This document shows, one piece after another, positions 19,586 through 32,181 of a stretch of DNA of 64,000 nucleotides. Origin of the DNA: Amoeboaphelidium occidentale (taxonomy: Eukaryota). A program made the translations under genes and the position numbers. The stretch covers positions 62,001 to 126,000 of the forward strand of contig JALGPX010000002.1 in assembly GCA_023515795.1 (NCBI GenBank), written 5' to 3'. The number at the start of each line of letters is the position of its first letter. Within the stretch, counting starts at the first letter, position 1. Below the pieces are notes generated by a model that had not been told where the DNA came from, did not search any database, and saw only the letters and a list, made by a program, of their open reading frames with translations.

Positions 19586-22500
19586 CTATTTATCGGTCTG
19601 TAGTGTTTTCTTAACTGTTCGGTTCATTTGCTCCAGATGCTCCACGCTTTTGAAATGGAACGATTCAAATTCTGATTCCTGCTGTATTAATTTGGATCTT
19701 GGATTTGTTGCTTTCCAGTCCATTTCAGCATCTGCCTTGATTCCTGTTAGCACCGAATCTTCTCTTACTAGCTTGCTTGGCTTCGACGTGGCAATGTATG
19801 ATTTTTCCCGAAGATCTTTCAAGTTATCTGAGCTCTCGAGCGGATCTCCAAATGCTAAATTGTCTTCAGATCCTTCATTAAATGAAGATCTTGGTTGGAA
19901 GTAGCTGGTATCAATTTCTGATGATATGTTAGGAATAAATGGAGGCGTGTTTTTAGCAATATCATCAAAGTTGAATGATTCATAAAATGGGTGTATTTTG
20001 ATATCTACAGGTTACTAAGCTGTATAAAGTGTGAAGTTACCTTGTGGTGTAGGTCTTGCTTTAGGGCTATAGTCCAGAAGTCTGTTAATAATGTCAATCG
20101 CATGGCGTGATACTCCTTCTTCCTCAGGGAAGAACAATGGATTCCTACTAAGAATATTTGCAAATATTTGCTCTGGAGTATCATCGTTAAAAGGAGGTAC
20201 ACCGTAAAGAAACTCATATATACAAACACCCAATGCCCACCAATCTACTGCTGCAGTATGTCCAACTCCAAGCAACAATTCTGGCGCTAAATAATCAGGT
20301 GTTCCCAAAGCATTCTTTGCCTCATTTACTTCGTCATTATTTGCTGGCAATGCGTGAATGTTATTACGCATATTTGGATCTAATCTTGACGTCTTTCTTC
20401 TTCTCATTATTGTTGTAGCGCCTCCCTGAGTCTCGGCAACGTTAATTCTCGCCAGCCCGAAATCGGTCAGTTTCAAGTGTCCTTCTCTAGTTATAAGCAT
20501 ATTATCTGGTTTGATGTCTCTATGAATGATTCCATTCTGGTGAAGGTATTCTAGTGCTAAGGTTGCCTCCCCAGAGTATATTCTAGTCATGTTTTCGTTA
20601 AATGTACCCATTATTCTCAATAAAGAACCTAGATCTCCACCAACAACATACTCCATGACGAGATACAGGTAATTTTTAGATTGAAAAGCATAGTATAATT
20701 TTACGATGAATGGAGTATTGGATAAGGCCAAAACCTTTCGTTCAGCAATAACACTGGTGACCATATTTTTCCTGACCATGTCTTCTTTCTTCAAAATCTT
20801 GATTGCGTAGAGATCTTTCGTAGTTTTCTTCGAAGCCAAATATACTTTTCCATAAGCTCCTTTACTAATCGGTTTGATAATTTCAAAATCTTGAATGTTT
20901 GGAACTTTGAATCGTCTACCATCACCTCTTCCATCAGATCCAACACTTTGAAGACTCGAGTTTCTCCTTCTATTGTTCTTCAACAGAGCAGTGAAAATTG
21001 ACATGACTTTCTTTCTAGCTCCTGAAACAGCTCCGCCATCTTGACTTCCAGATCTAGACCTTGAAGTGGCAGAAGAGCTATCTGTGCTTCCTTTTCGATA
21101 AAACTTGGTCTTTTTGTAGAGTGGCAAAGCTTTATCTTTGTACTGCACAGAGAGTTTGTGTTTCTGGTCAACCAAATCTTTCAGCAATTTTACGTCGAGC
21201 GACCTGCTATCAGACAAATGTCCCTTGAACATATCATCGAGTCTTTGTGAATATTTGCCAAGTCTGGCACATGCATCTTTATCAGCTTCATTTGTATCCA
21301 GTGTGTTTTTTATGATATGAAGCAATTGAGCGTATTGTTTCGAATCCTAAAGCTTTAACCAAAACATCGTGATAACTTACACTTGCATCATTGTCAGGTG
21401 GTGCAATACCATGCCACGTCTTTTTCAATTTTCTATCCACTTCTTCTCTGTTCATTTCTATCTCGTATGAAACTGAACAATATTCCGAATGCGCTTCGAT
21501 GTCATCTGAAGGAACAGAATTCTCGCATATACGACAAACAACCATCGGTGCAGACGGTGTTGATAAAGTGCTCATAGAACCAGCAACACTGCTGGAAGAA
21601 CTAGAATCAATCGACTTAGGACTTCGCAAAGCCTTGTGCAATGTATTGAACAATTTAGGAAATATTCCTGGTGTTTCATAAACTGCTGAAGGAGATTTCA
21701 TCATACTACACGTTAATCAAAATGAGCAAGTTTACCTTCCGCTATCCGGAGAATCAGCAACTGCATTGATTTTCCTACCAATTGGTAGCGATCTGCGAAA
21801 GTTTGCTGCTTGTGAAGGTGCTGGTGCAGGACGTTCGTCGTAGTTCAAAGATTCAACAGAGAAATTCTGGCTTGATATTTCCTTAAATCTTGATTCTTCT
21901 TTTTGAGAGGATAGTCTTCTACTGGTATTCTTTTTGTTTATGCGTTGCTGTAGTAATTTTGTAAGTGGTCTTGTCGATGGTGGTGAAGCAGGAGCTGACG
22001 TCAACTCTACACTCTTGTCCAAGTCTAACGCCCTAGAATTCTCAGTGCTTGCCTCATAATCACTTTTTGTAGCTTCTGCACTCTTATCATAATCCAAAGA
22101 TTCCGTTGAAGAAGCGCCACTAAGCGCGTCAGTTATTCTTGCAGAAGAAGGTTCCATTTCATCAATACCGGCTCTTTTATCGCTACCTGCGTATTCATTC
22201 TGAAATTCTGTGAGTCTGGCTATTGGAGAGAATATTATGATCAACTCGGTTATCACATCCTCAATGCGTGGATCGCCTACTGCCAAATGTCTTTGTTCAA
22301 TCAACATTGTTTGAGATTCTTCAATAATCTTTCGAGCATTATTATTCTCTGATAAAACTGAAGCAGGCGTGAACAAGATCTTTTTGACAAGTTCCGCTAT
22401 TCTACGTACAAAAACCAAATGACTGGATGCTACAAAATTAGCAATCAAACAAACGTGAATTTACAAGAGTGAAACAGTGGCCAACTACTCGAATGAGGCA

Positions 22501-23467
22501 ATGATTTTCTTTGAGCCTTTTCTCCTTTCAATAGGAACGGAATATTTAAGTCTTTGAATAAAGGATCCATCAACAATTCTCTCAAATTCTTATCAACGTT
22601 CTGCTTCAAAGCGCGCAACTCATCAGACATCATGGTCTGTAAATTCAAAAGCTGATTAGGATCAGATACAGGCATTATTGTTGAACCATAAGGATTAAGC
22701 TCCTCATTATGGAACAACACGCTCCATGAAGAACCATGATTGTCGGGATCGGCTTGTTTGTGTACAGGAGACTTCTTTTCCTGTATGTTACCAGCAGAAG
22801 AGGGTCTTGTGACATTAATATTACTTTCCAAAAGACTAAGCATATGTCCCAAAATCCCACTATCTTTACGGCTAGCACTCTCAGCTGTCCTATCGTTTGA
22901 ACCATTTTTGTAAGACTTATCGTCTTGAATATCCGGCGTTGACCTGGTGAAGTGTATCTTTTCTTGTAGAGAGAAAGATCTCTTTAACCCCTGAGATATT
23001 TTCGTCTCTCCGAATATTACGGCACTCTGTGACACGCTTCCAGCATGAGCTGACTTTGATTGTGGACTCAGTTGAGTCGAAGCATCCTCTCCTGGTAGAA
23101 CTAATGATCTAGTCGTGGCCATCTTTGACTGTTTCAAGTACCAGTCCATATCCAAAGCGCTAGGTCTTATTGGGCTCGATAATTCTTGCGTCAGAACTCT
23201 GCTATTACTTTTACCCCTCGATGTCCCAATTGAGAGCGTAGGCAATGAAACATTCAAGCTCTTTCCAGTACGCTGTTTATGAATCTTTTTTGGTGATGCT
23301 GGAGGACTTTCTGTTGCTTGACTCCTAAACAATTGTTCTCTTGCGCTGGTAGCACTCGTTGAAAGTGTTGGTGTTGATGCGCGTGAATGATCATGATCAG
23401 AGTCAGAGCTTGGTGCGGTACTACTCCTGTCCTTCTTTGTTAAACTCTTTCTCTTGTGAGGCCACAT
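19586..23467 (-). CDS. AGC kinase of the Rim15/Cek1/Greatwall/IRE type, about 5 exons
   Basis: ORF pieces 22445-23488, 21732-22448, 21288-21704, 20015-21325 and 19586-19822 join via four short GT-AG introns; zinc finger [48 protein letters not shown] tail PPFIP..DTSYF. Confidence 0.88.
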
Positions 23468-23694
23468 CCTTTCTTGCTTATCTGACAAAAAACCTTTGTG
23501 TTAGATATTTATAGAATCACCACAGCAACTGCTACAACCAGTATTACATTCAAGACCAACGAAACATGCAAAACGAGTACTTCCGCCCAATTAAAAACCA
23601 TTCAGTGAACTTCCAAGTGCAATTCACATGATGATCATATTCCGTTGCTCTGGTCGGAACAATTTCTTCAAGGTTGTTTCTCAACTGATTCGAC

Positions 23695-25006
23695 ATGCCT
23701 GAGAATAACGGCACACCGAATGATGCCCCTGTTGCGAAAACTAGAAAGCCAGCAAGTATGATATTAATGATCCCTTTAGCTCATCATTGCAATTGTAGAT
23801 ACGGCTTTTAAGCAGCAGAGACTGAAGGCATGGCAACCGATCTTGACCCCAAGAACTGTTTTGCCAACATTCTTCCTAATTGGAGTCATATTTGTTCCTC
23901 TTGGCGGTGTATTTCTATCTGTTTCTAATCAAGTACTTTGTATTTTAAATGTCATCTAAGACTCTGTTTAGGTCCAAGAGCTTTCGTTCGATTACACAAT
24001 GTGTTCAAGTGCACCTGCCACTCTGACAAACGTCCAAGGCATGGATCCCATTCAGGCTTGGTCTTTTGATTCCTCTTCAAGAACATGCACAGTTCAATTT
24101 AAAGTTGATCAGACTGTGAAGGCACCAGTCTATCTGTACTACCGACTATCAAATTTCTATCAGAATCATCGAAGATACGTAAAGAGCTTAAGCGCTAAGC
24201 AATTAAAAGGCGATGCAATTTACAATAAGGATGATCTTCAAGATTGCGCACCTTTGAATGGCGCTGATTCTGGTCTGATTTATTATCCTTGTGGTTTGAT
24301 CGCAAACAGCTTGTTCAATGGTATAGTTTTCCGGAGATTTTTAGTTTTAACTTTTTCAAGACACTATTGGAAGGCCTAGCAACGACTGGACTACTTTTTC
24401 AATCCAAGACAGCTCCAGCAGAAATTACAACTTTGTCGCAAAAGACATCACATGGCCGTCTGATGCAGCAAAGTATGGTCCTACATCGTATGATCCTGCA
24501 AGGGTTTCTCCACCAAAGGACTGGATCGGCGGAACTTATCGCAACAAAACAATTAAGGAAACCTGGGCTGCTAGTGGATTCATCTTTAATCCATCAGATG
24601 ATCAGCAATTCCAAGTTTGGATGAGAACAGCTGGATTGCCAAACTTCAGGAAGCTATACGCGAAAAACTCAGATGCAGATTTGGCTGCTGGTACTTACAC
24701 AATGAGAATCGTTGACAACTTTCCTGTTGACTCGTTTGGCGGAACGAAGGGCATTGTTATATCTGAGAGCTCGTGGTTAGGAGGAAAGAATCCTTTCTTA
24801 GGAATTATGTATTTGGTTGTTGGATTAGTTTGTATCATTTTGGGTGCTGCGTTCTTGGCGAAGCATTTGGTATCACCAAGGTAAATTTCAATCACGACTT
24901 TGTACTCACGTCTTTTTGTAGGAAATTGGGTGACCATAGTTATCTTTCTTGGAATCAAGCACAGGCTACAGCTCCTTCTCCTGTACCAGCTGAACAGACA
25001 AAGTAG
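23695..25006 (+). CDS. CDC50: CDC50/LEM3 family flippase beta-subunit, 5 exons
   Basis: [87 protein letters not shown]. Confidence 0.95.
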
Positions 25007-25075
25007 AAAGAATAAAAATTGTTGCGTCGTCTTGCGTGATATAAATAGCTTGGTTTTTGGTTTCAACTTCACAAC

Positions 25076-26628
25076 ATGGCACAAAACCATCATCATAACT
25101 TATTCAGTAGCGATGAGGAAGACGATGATTTTCAATGGAAAGATCATTCGTTCTTTCCTACAATAGAGCGGGTCAATGTGGATGATCAAGCTTATGAATT
25201 GGATGAGTTTGGATTACCACTCAGAAAAGGAGTGTTTCAAACAGGGCAACCACAACAGGAGTTCATTCAAACAAGTCCTGTAATGCAGAATGGTAACAGA
25301 AGATCTCGAAACACAGAATCTGCAATCGGTAGTGGCGCGACAAGATCTGCTGTCACAAGAAAGAGATCGCGTCAGAAGCATGAGGTCGACGATGAAGTCA
25401 TGCTTCATGATAACAGCAATAACACTACTTACTATGGCTATGAAAAATATGATCCAAATGTTTCATCAGACGCAGAGATAGCTAGACACTTACAAGACGA
25501 GGAATATCAGGCTAAAATGCTACCTCCTGCGCCTCGAGACGGTCGAGCAGGAGCAACAGGGAGAAACGTCAGAGCAGATCCCTCCAAACGTAAAAGCAGG
25601 ATGGAAATAGTTGACGATAGGTTAAGAGATCCCCGAGTACGGAAGCAATTGAAGAAGTTCAGGAAACAGCCTGCATATTTCGTATGGATAATCTCTTTAG
25701 CGCAAATAATCATGGCAATAGCTTTATTTCCTATAAATGCTAACCTAACTGGCTCTATTATTGAAACAGACCCGTTTAATTTTATGATAGGACCAAGCGC
25801 TTTGGTAATTCTTGTAGAGTTTTGTCATCTTACTGTTTAGACTTTAATTAGAACTGGCGCGAGGTTCGTACCTTGTATGAAGAACGAGACAGAGTTTCAA
25901 AACGCTGTGATAAGATGTCCATCAGGATTCTCGGCTAATAATCAGTGCACAATACAAGATCTTTGTGGTGGACCACCTGATCAATGGTAAGCACGTTCTC
26001 ATAGTAATATTAACTTTTAAGGTGGCGATTTATTGTGCCAATATTTCTACATGGTGGATTGTTGCACTTGGCTATAAACTTGTCGTTTCAGTTGACCACT
26101 GTTCGGCAAATGGAGAATGATTTCGGTTGGTGGCGAATCGCTGGTATTTACTTTTTAAGTGGCATTTTTGGTTTCATATTTGGCGGTAACTTTGCAGCCG
26201 CATCAGTTCCTTCGGTGGGATGCAGCGGTGCTTTATTTGGTTTCATTTCTTGCCTTATGATAGACTTGATTCAGAATTGGTACATTATCGTTGACCCATG
26301 GAAGCAACTTATCAAATTTATCGTGATGATATTTCTGTCCTTCTTAATGGGTGTTCTTCCTGGTGTAGATAATTTCTCGCATATTGGTGGATTCTTTATG
26401 GGCATTTTCGCGTGCTTGTTGTTCATGCCAACTATTCACTTCAACAAATGGGACAGGAGGCGCAAACGAATAATGCGCATAATTGCAATACCCATCATTA
26501 TCATTCTCTACACGGTATTATTGGTTACATTTTATCGAAACACAGCCGATGATGTTTGTCCATGGTGCAAGTATATCAGCTGTTTCGGAATCAAAGCATT
26601 ATGTGATTTCCAGAATCTGCAGCCATAA
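25076..26628 (+). CDS. Rhomboid intramembrane serine protease, 3 exons
   Basis: FNFMIGPS; QWWRFIVPIFLHGGLLH; catalytic VGCSG; DNFSHIGGF; two short introns (second 25987-26021). Confidence 0.92.
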
Positions 26629-26784
26629 AACGAGATCTGGGTCTCAAGTAATAAAAATAATCTCATATTGAAATCCTTTTATAAGTAAAAGCTGGAGGTA
26701 TTTAGGGAATATCTTGCAAAATGATGAAACCCCTGTCACTTTCCATTTTTTTTTGTCAAACATCACCTCTTCTGCAAAATCATC

Positions 26785-27436
26785 ATGGACCAACCAGTAG
26801 ACCACGGAAGAGATCCTTGGTACATTTCATCGCATATCAATTACTTTTACTAATAATTTCGCGTAGCCCTTGGCGTATATTGGATGATATCGGAGGAGCT
26901 TTTGCTATGGGCGCAATCGGAGGAAGCATTTGGCACTCAGTCAAAGGAGCGAAGAATTCACCTAAAGGCGAAAGATTCATTGGCGCATTAACAGCGGTCA
27001 AATCGCGTGCTCCCGTTCTCGGCGGCAACTTTGCTGTCTGGGGTGGTATGTTCTCCGCATTCGATTGTGCTATTGCTGCTCAAAGAAAGAAGGACGATCC
27101 ATGGAATTCTATATTATCTGGTGCTCTTACTGGAGGCTGTTTAGCTATAAGGGGTATATTTAAGATATGATCATTGGCTTACTCTTTATAGGCGGCGTTA
27201 GGACAGCTGCAAGTTCTGCTCTATTCGGTGGCGTCATTCTAGCATTTATTGAAGGAATTGGTATCGCAATGACTAAACTCACTAGTGCACAGTACAAGCC
27301 TGTTAAGCCTATGGAACCTCCTATGCCAGTTGCACCTGTTCAAGTTGCACCTCAGACACTAACTAATCTATCATCGTCTGAACCTGAAGAAGGAACTTGG
27401 GGTGAACCAGAGACGAGTGAAGGCCATTCGCTTTAA
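26785..27436 (+). CDS. TIM17: Mitochondrial inner-membrane translocase subunit Tim17, 3 exons
   Basis: [45 protein letters not shown]. Confidence 0.95.
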
Positions 27437-27623
27437 AGTGGTGGAAAGAGATAAGAATAATAAACAGCTGTAGTTCTGCACTAAAGTATCACGTCTTGCG
27501 TCATTTTGCTAACTTGATGTTTGATCCAGTCGCGCTTGTTTCCATTTCTGCACACGAATAGTAACAAGTGTCCAGCTATAAATCCAGTCGCTTTTTTAGT
27601 ATTCTTTACACCTCAAATTAAGT

Positions 27624-27854
27624 ATGGAAGCTCAAAAGAAACGTGCTTGTGCGAAGGAAGGTTGTTCTGATAAACCTGTTCGCATAGTTGGTCACTGCAA
27701 GTTTTGCGAGAAAGACTACTGTGGCAAGCACCGCCAAGTCGAAACCCATCAATGCCCCAACATTGATGCATGTCGCCAACAACACTTTGAGAAGAATTCT
27801 GCTAAGCTGATGGGCGAGAAGACTATTACAAGCAAGTTCCAGCAAGCAATGTAG
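27624..27854 (+). CDS. Small AN1-type zinc finger protein
   Basis: CAKEGC...CKFCEKDYCGKHRQVETHQC. Confidence 0.85.
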   Translation: MEAQKKRACAKEGCSDKPVRIVGHCKFCEKDYCGKHRQVETHQCPNIDACRQQHFEKNSAKLMGEKTITSKFQQAM

Positions 27855-27946
27855 ATGATCTATGCTGAGGTTACAATAGAAATAGAAATCGTTTTAAATT
27901 TCATATTTTTCACAAGTTCAAACAACGCCATCGCTGCGACAAGAAC

Positions 27947-28942
27947 ATGACGTCCAAAGGTGAAGAAAAGAAAGAGACAAAAGTTGTGGACAACGACCCT
28001 TACGGAATTAAAAGATTTCTTTCTGGAGGCATCGGTGGAATGTGGTAAGTTCTGCCCTGACTTTTCTGTATTGACGATTTGCTTGAAGTCTTGTGGCTGT
28101 AGGTCATCCTTTTGACACAACCAAAGTCAAATTACAGACTTCTAATGAATACAAGGGAACTATGGATGTTGTAAGGGCAACTTTTGCGAAGGAAGGCATT
28201 CGGGGATTTTATCGTGGCATGTTGACTCCTTTGGTATTTGTGACGCCCATGTACGCTGTGTGCTTCTGGTTAGTTTGACATTATCGGAGATTTCGAGTTA
28301 ACTTTTCAAAGGGGATACGATTTAGGACAGAAGGTTATTCGATATGGACAGAAGGTTCCTTCCGGAGAACCTTTAAATTTGGCGCAGGTTTCTATTGCCG
28401 GTGGTTTCAGTGCAATTCCCACAACAGCCTTAATGACTCCGATCGAACGTGTCAAAGTTCTGCTGCAAACTCAGAAGCCAGATCCTGTCACAGGCAAGCT
28501 GCCTTTCAAAGGTCCTATGGATGTCGTTGGTAGTTTATGGAAGACTGGTGGTTTGAGAAGCATTTACAAAGGTACTGTAGCAACTTTAGTTCGAGATGTT
28601 CCTGGAAGTGTTGCTTACTTTGGTATGTATGAGTATGTAAAAAAGAAGTTTAGCAAACCTGGTGAACTTAACAAGGCTGCGGTCTTGTTTGCTGGTGGAA
28701 TGGCTGGTGTTGCCAACTGGACTGTAGCTATTCCTCCTGATGTCCTCAAGTCTCGTTTACAAGCTGCACCAGAAGGTACTTACAAAGGTCTTGGTGATGT
28801 ATTCGTTAAGATGATGGCTAATGAAGGTCCAGCTGCTCTGTTCAAAGGTATTGGACCGATTATGCTTCGTGCTTTCCCTGCCAATGCTGCAACTTTCTTT
28901 GGTGCTGAACTGTCTTACAAGTTCCTGGACAGTGTCATGTAA
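27947..28942 (+). CDS. CRC1: Mitochondrial carnitine/acylcarnitine carrier (SLC25A20-like), 3 exons
   Basis: [50 protein letters not shown]; introns 28045-28088 and 28269-28311. Confidence 0.92.
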
Positions 28943-29072
28943 GGCCTTTCGTAAGGAATAGAAACAGCTATGTGATCATGTGAAACCGTTGCGCCATTTT
29001 CTGTCTGCGCAACGATCTGCAGCACGTTTTCACAGAAGAAAAGTTTCTCAGAATAACTCGCTTTTCACAGGA

Positions 29073-30027
29073 ATGTTACTTAACGTGTTGATACTAAACT
29101 TATTGGCTCTTGGCATTAACTGCTGGGGATTCCTTGGTATGATATGCCATGTGATCAGGTGATATCTAATCATGTGTAGGTCATCAGATCACAGCAGCTG
29201 TAGCTCAGCATTACCTCAAGCCGTCTGTTCAGGATGATATTGTGAAGCTTCTCAGGGGGAAGACAATTGTTGAAGTCGCAACATGGGCAGACACGATCAA
29301 GCGCGATCGCAAATACTCCTTCTCCAGGACTTTGCATTACTCTAATCCAAAGACAAATGAGCCGTATACTTGTGGCTATGACTACAGAAGAGATTGTCCT
29401 GATGCCAAGTGTGTTGTTGGTGCTATTCACAACTACACTGATCGTGCAGTTACTGATAGTGCAAGAGCTGACCGCGAAGATGCTCTAAAGTTTCTTGTTC
29501 ATTACATTGGCGATATTCATCAGCCACTTCATTTGTCTGGCAGAGAACGCGGTGGTAATAATGCGCGCTGTACATTCTTTGGAGCTAAAGCGAATCTGCA
29601 TTTTGTTTGGGACTCCATGCTATTGGAAAAGCGTTATAAGACGGATTTTGGGAAGGATTTCGATTCTTTTGTTGAGTATCTAATTGAACAGATTGAAGGG
29701 GACTGGCAAGATGATGCAGACTTATGGACAAGCTGCAGTAAATCTGAATCTTTTGGGTTTGTGCAACAAGCAGCTGATGAGGTTTCTCGTGTATTTAATT
29801 TGAAGGAAAGTGATGCTACAGCTGCTAAGAAAAAGAAGTTCCAATTGTGTCCTGAGTTATGGGCAAAGCAGTCGAATAAGTTGGACTGCACTAATGTATG
29901 GCGTGGCTTTGAAGAAGATATGGACATTGGTGAAGAGTATTATAATGACAATATTGAAGCTGTTGAAAGGCAGTTGGCTGCAGGCGGTGTTCGTCTAGCT
30001 TACGTGCTTAATTCTATATTTGCGTAA
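29073..30027 (+). CDS. Secreted S1/P1 nuclease, 2 exons
   Basis: Signal peptide then spliced WGFLGH; ATWAD; FLVHYIGDIHQPLH; GGN; NLHFVWD; GGVRLA. Confidence 0.93.
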
Positions 30028-30128
30028 TTGCGTATTGTTAGAATAGAAAAAGGGTTAAATGTGAGAGTGACAAGATCGTTGTTTCGGAGCATCAGGAACT
30101 TTGTTTCAGAGGTGATCAAATCAGTATC

Positions 30129-30906
30129 ATGAGCGATCCCAAAGATTCAGGATGTGAAGTAATATCATAATAATGACATTGACTGTTTGTAGATGATGGA
30201 TACTTTTGCCATAGTGTTACAAGGATTTCTTGCCATTATTGCTCTGAGCACATTGTATTTTAAAAGATATAAGGAAAAGCCAAAGAGACCATTTAATATA
30301 TGGCTGTTTGATGCAGCAAAGCAAGCATCTGGAGCCTTTGTTGTTCACATGCTCAATGTGCTAATATCATACATATTTGGGGGAGTATCAGAGCACACAA
30401 AGAATCCTTGTGTATTCTACTTTATCAATGTTCTATTGGATACAACTGTGGCTGTATTCATACTATTCTTCTTCTTAAGGCTCATGGACAGAATTGTTTC
30501 TTACTATGATGTATCAGGTCATTCTAGCTAGATAATGATTATGATTAACATTCTAGACATGCAAAGTGGTGTTTACGGACAACCACCTCAGTTACGAATA
30601 TGGCTGAAACAAACCTGTGGATTCATAGCTTGCCTATTCGCTACAAAAATCGTAGTGATCATCTTGTTACAGTTCGATTTTCTCACAGCTATCGGAGCAT
30701 TCTTCGTTCTTCCCATCACAGACCCTCGCGCACAATTAGTCGTGGTGATGCTTCTGTTTCCTTTAGTCATGAACATATTTCAATTCTGGTTGGTGGATAG
30801 TTACATTAGAAATAAGTTGCATGATGTACCCAGAGACAATTCATCATCATCAGAAGTCTATGAAGCACTTCGAAGCGCAGACGAAGAAGAAGCAATACGG
30901 CTGTGA
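30129..30906 (+). CDS. STIMATE/TMEM110-family membrane protein, 3 exons
   Basis: KRYKEKPKRPFNIWLFDAAKQ; NPCVFYFINVLLDTT; SGVYGQPP; PLVMNIFQFWLVD. Confidence 0.88.
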
Positions 30907-30997
30907 ATAAAATAAGTTCTTGCGGAGTAGAAAGATCTTTGATTTAGATTTCGGTTGTTCGTCCTTTTGATCATTCCACGTATTTGCGCGAACAGCC

Positions 30998-32011
30998 ATG
31001 CCAATAACCAACGTGTTAGAGTCAGCTCAGTTCATCAACAAAAACAGTGTAGACGTGAGCGTACCCGAAGAAGGGGTCAAGAAAGCTGCGAAATTTATGA
31101 GTAAACTTATGAAGGACGCAAATTATTCGTGTAAGCAATGGAAGGATCATCCATTGCACCCAAAGGAAGAGAATGAAGAGGTACTCAAATGGATATTCCT
31201 AATTGATTTGTTAAACTTCTCATTCTACTCGAATTTAAGTGAGGCAGACAGATACGCTGTGGAATACAAAGGCCAGAGATGGACAGGATATTCTGCATTA
31301 TGCGCCGCTGTTAATCGCGCTCTGGACGAGGGCATTCCCTTCACTGAACCAAAATTCTTTGCTGTAATATCAGAGCAGCAGTTGAGACATATTTTTAGAG
31401 GTGTTCCGGAAGCTAAGGAAGAGTTACCTTTGCTTAACGAAAGACTTCGTGTTATGCATGAAGCTGGTGCCATTCTTTTGGAAAAGTTTAATGGTTCTTA
31501 TGAAACTCTCATTAATATGGCTGATAAGAGTGTCATGACTTTGCTCAAGCTGGTCGTTAGCAACTTTGAATGCTTCAGAGATGAGTGCATGGTCAAAGAT
31601 AGAACAGTTTCGTTCTACAAGCGGGCGCAGATCCTCATTGCGGACACATGGGCCTGTTTTCAAGGAACTTCATATGGCGAGTTTAGAGATATCGAGTGCT
31701 TGACAATGTTTGCAGATTACCGTGTCCCTCAAGCATTATGCGCTGTTGGGATCCTACAATACTCTGATACTTTGAAAGCTCGCTTAAAAGACTCAAGCCA
31801 TGAATTTAAATCAGGTTCTCGAGAAGAAGTTGAGATAAGAGGAAACTCTATTTACGCAGTTGAACTTTTGAGACAAGAAATTAAAAGACTGGAGCCTGAC
31901 ATGCAAATTAACTCCGTACTGCTCGATTTTGCTTTGTATGACTACGCTAAAGCACGATCTGAGGAGCTCAAGGATATTCCGATACACAAAGTACGCAGTG
32001 TCAACTACTGA
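30998..32011 (+). CDS. QNG1: Queuosine salvage protein / queuosine 5'-phosphate N-glycosylase (DUF2419)
   Basis: DLLNFSF; FRDE...FYKRAQILIAD; LTMFADYRVPQ; EVEIRGNSI; PIHKVRSVNY. Confidence 0.92.
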   Translation: MPITNVLESAQFINKNSVDVSVPEEGVKKAAKFMSKLMKDANYSCKQWKDHPLHPKEENEEVLKWIFLIDLLNFSFYSNLSEADRYAVEYKGQRWTGYSALCAAVNRALDEGIPFTEPKFFAVISEQQLRHIFRGVPEAKEELPLLNERLRVMHEAGAILLEKFNGSYETLINMADKSVMTLLKLVVSNFECFRDECMVKDRTVSFYKRAQILIADTWACFQGTSYGEFRDIECLTMFADYRVPQALCAVGILQYSDTLKARLKDSSHEFKSGSREEVEIRGNSIYAVELLRQEIKRLEPDMQINSVLLDFALYDYAKARSEELKDIPIHKVRSVNY

Positions 32012-32181
32012 TTGCTCATTGGTTGGCGTCTTCTGGACAATCAATCAGTAGCTGAGTTATGATTCGTCCTTTTCTCTTGGTTCAATCCGTGTTCATTGGT
32101 TACTGATAACGCACAGCCGAAATCAAACACGATAAAAAGAAGGGATAGATTGTGCATGTTTAATCACCCATTAGAATAGAA

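Noticed and set aside
21996..22003. Additional perfect TGACGTCA
   Set aside because: Lies inside a kinase coding exon; no promoter context
19586..23488. Kinase locus as several genes or a pseudogene
   Set aside because: Short GT-AG introns join all the pieces in frame
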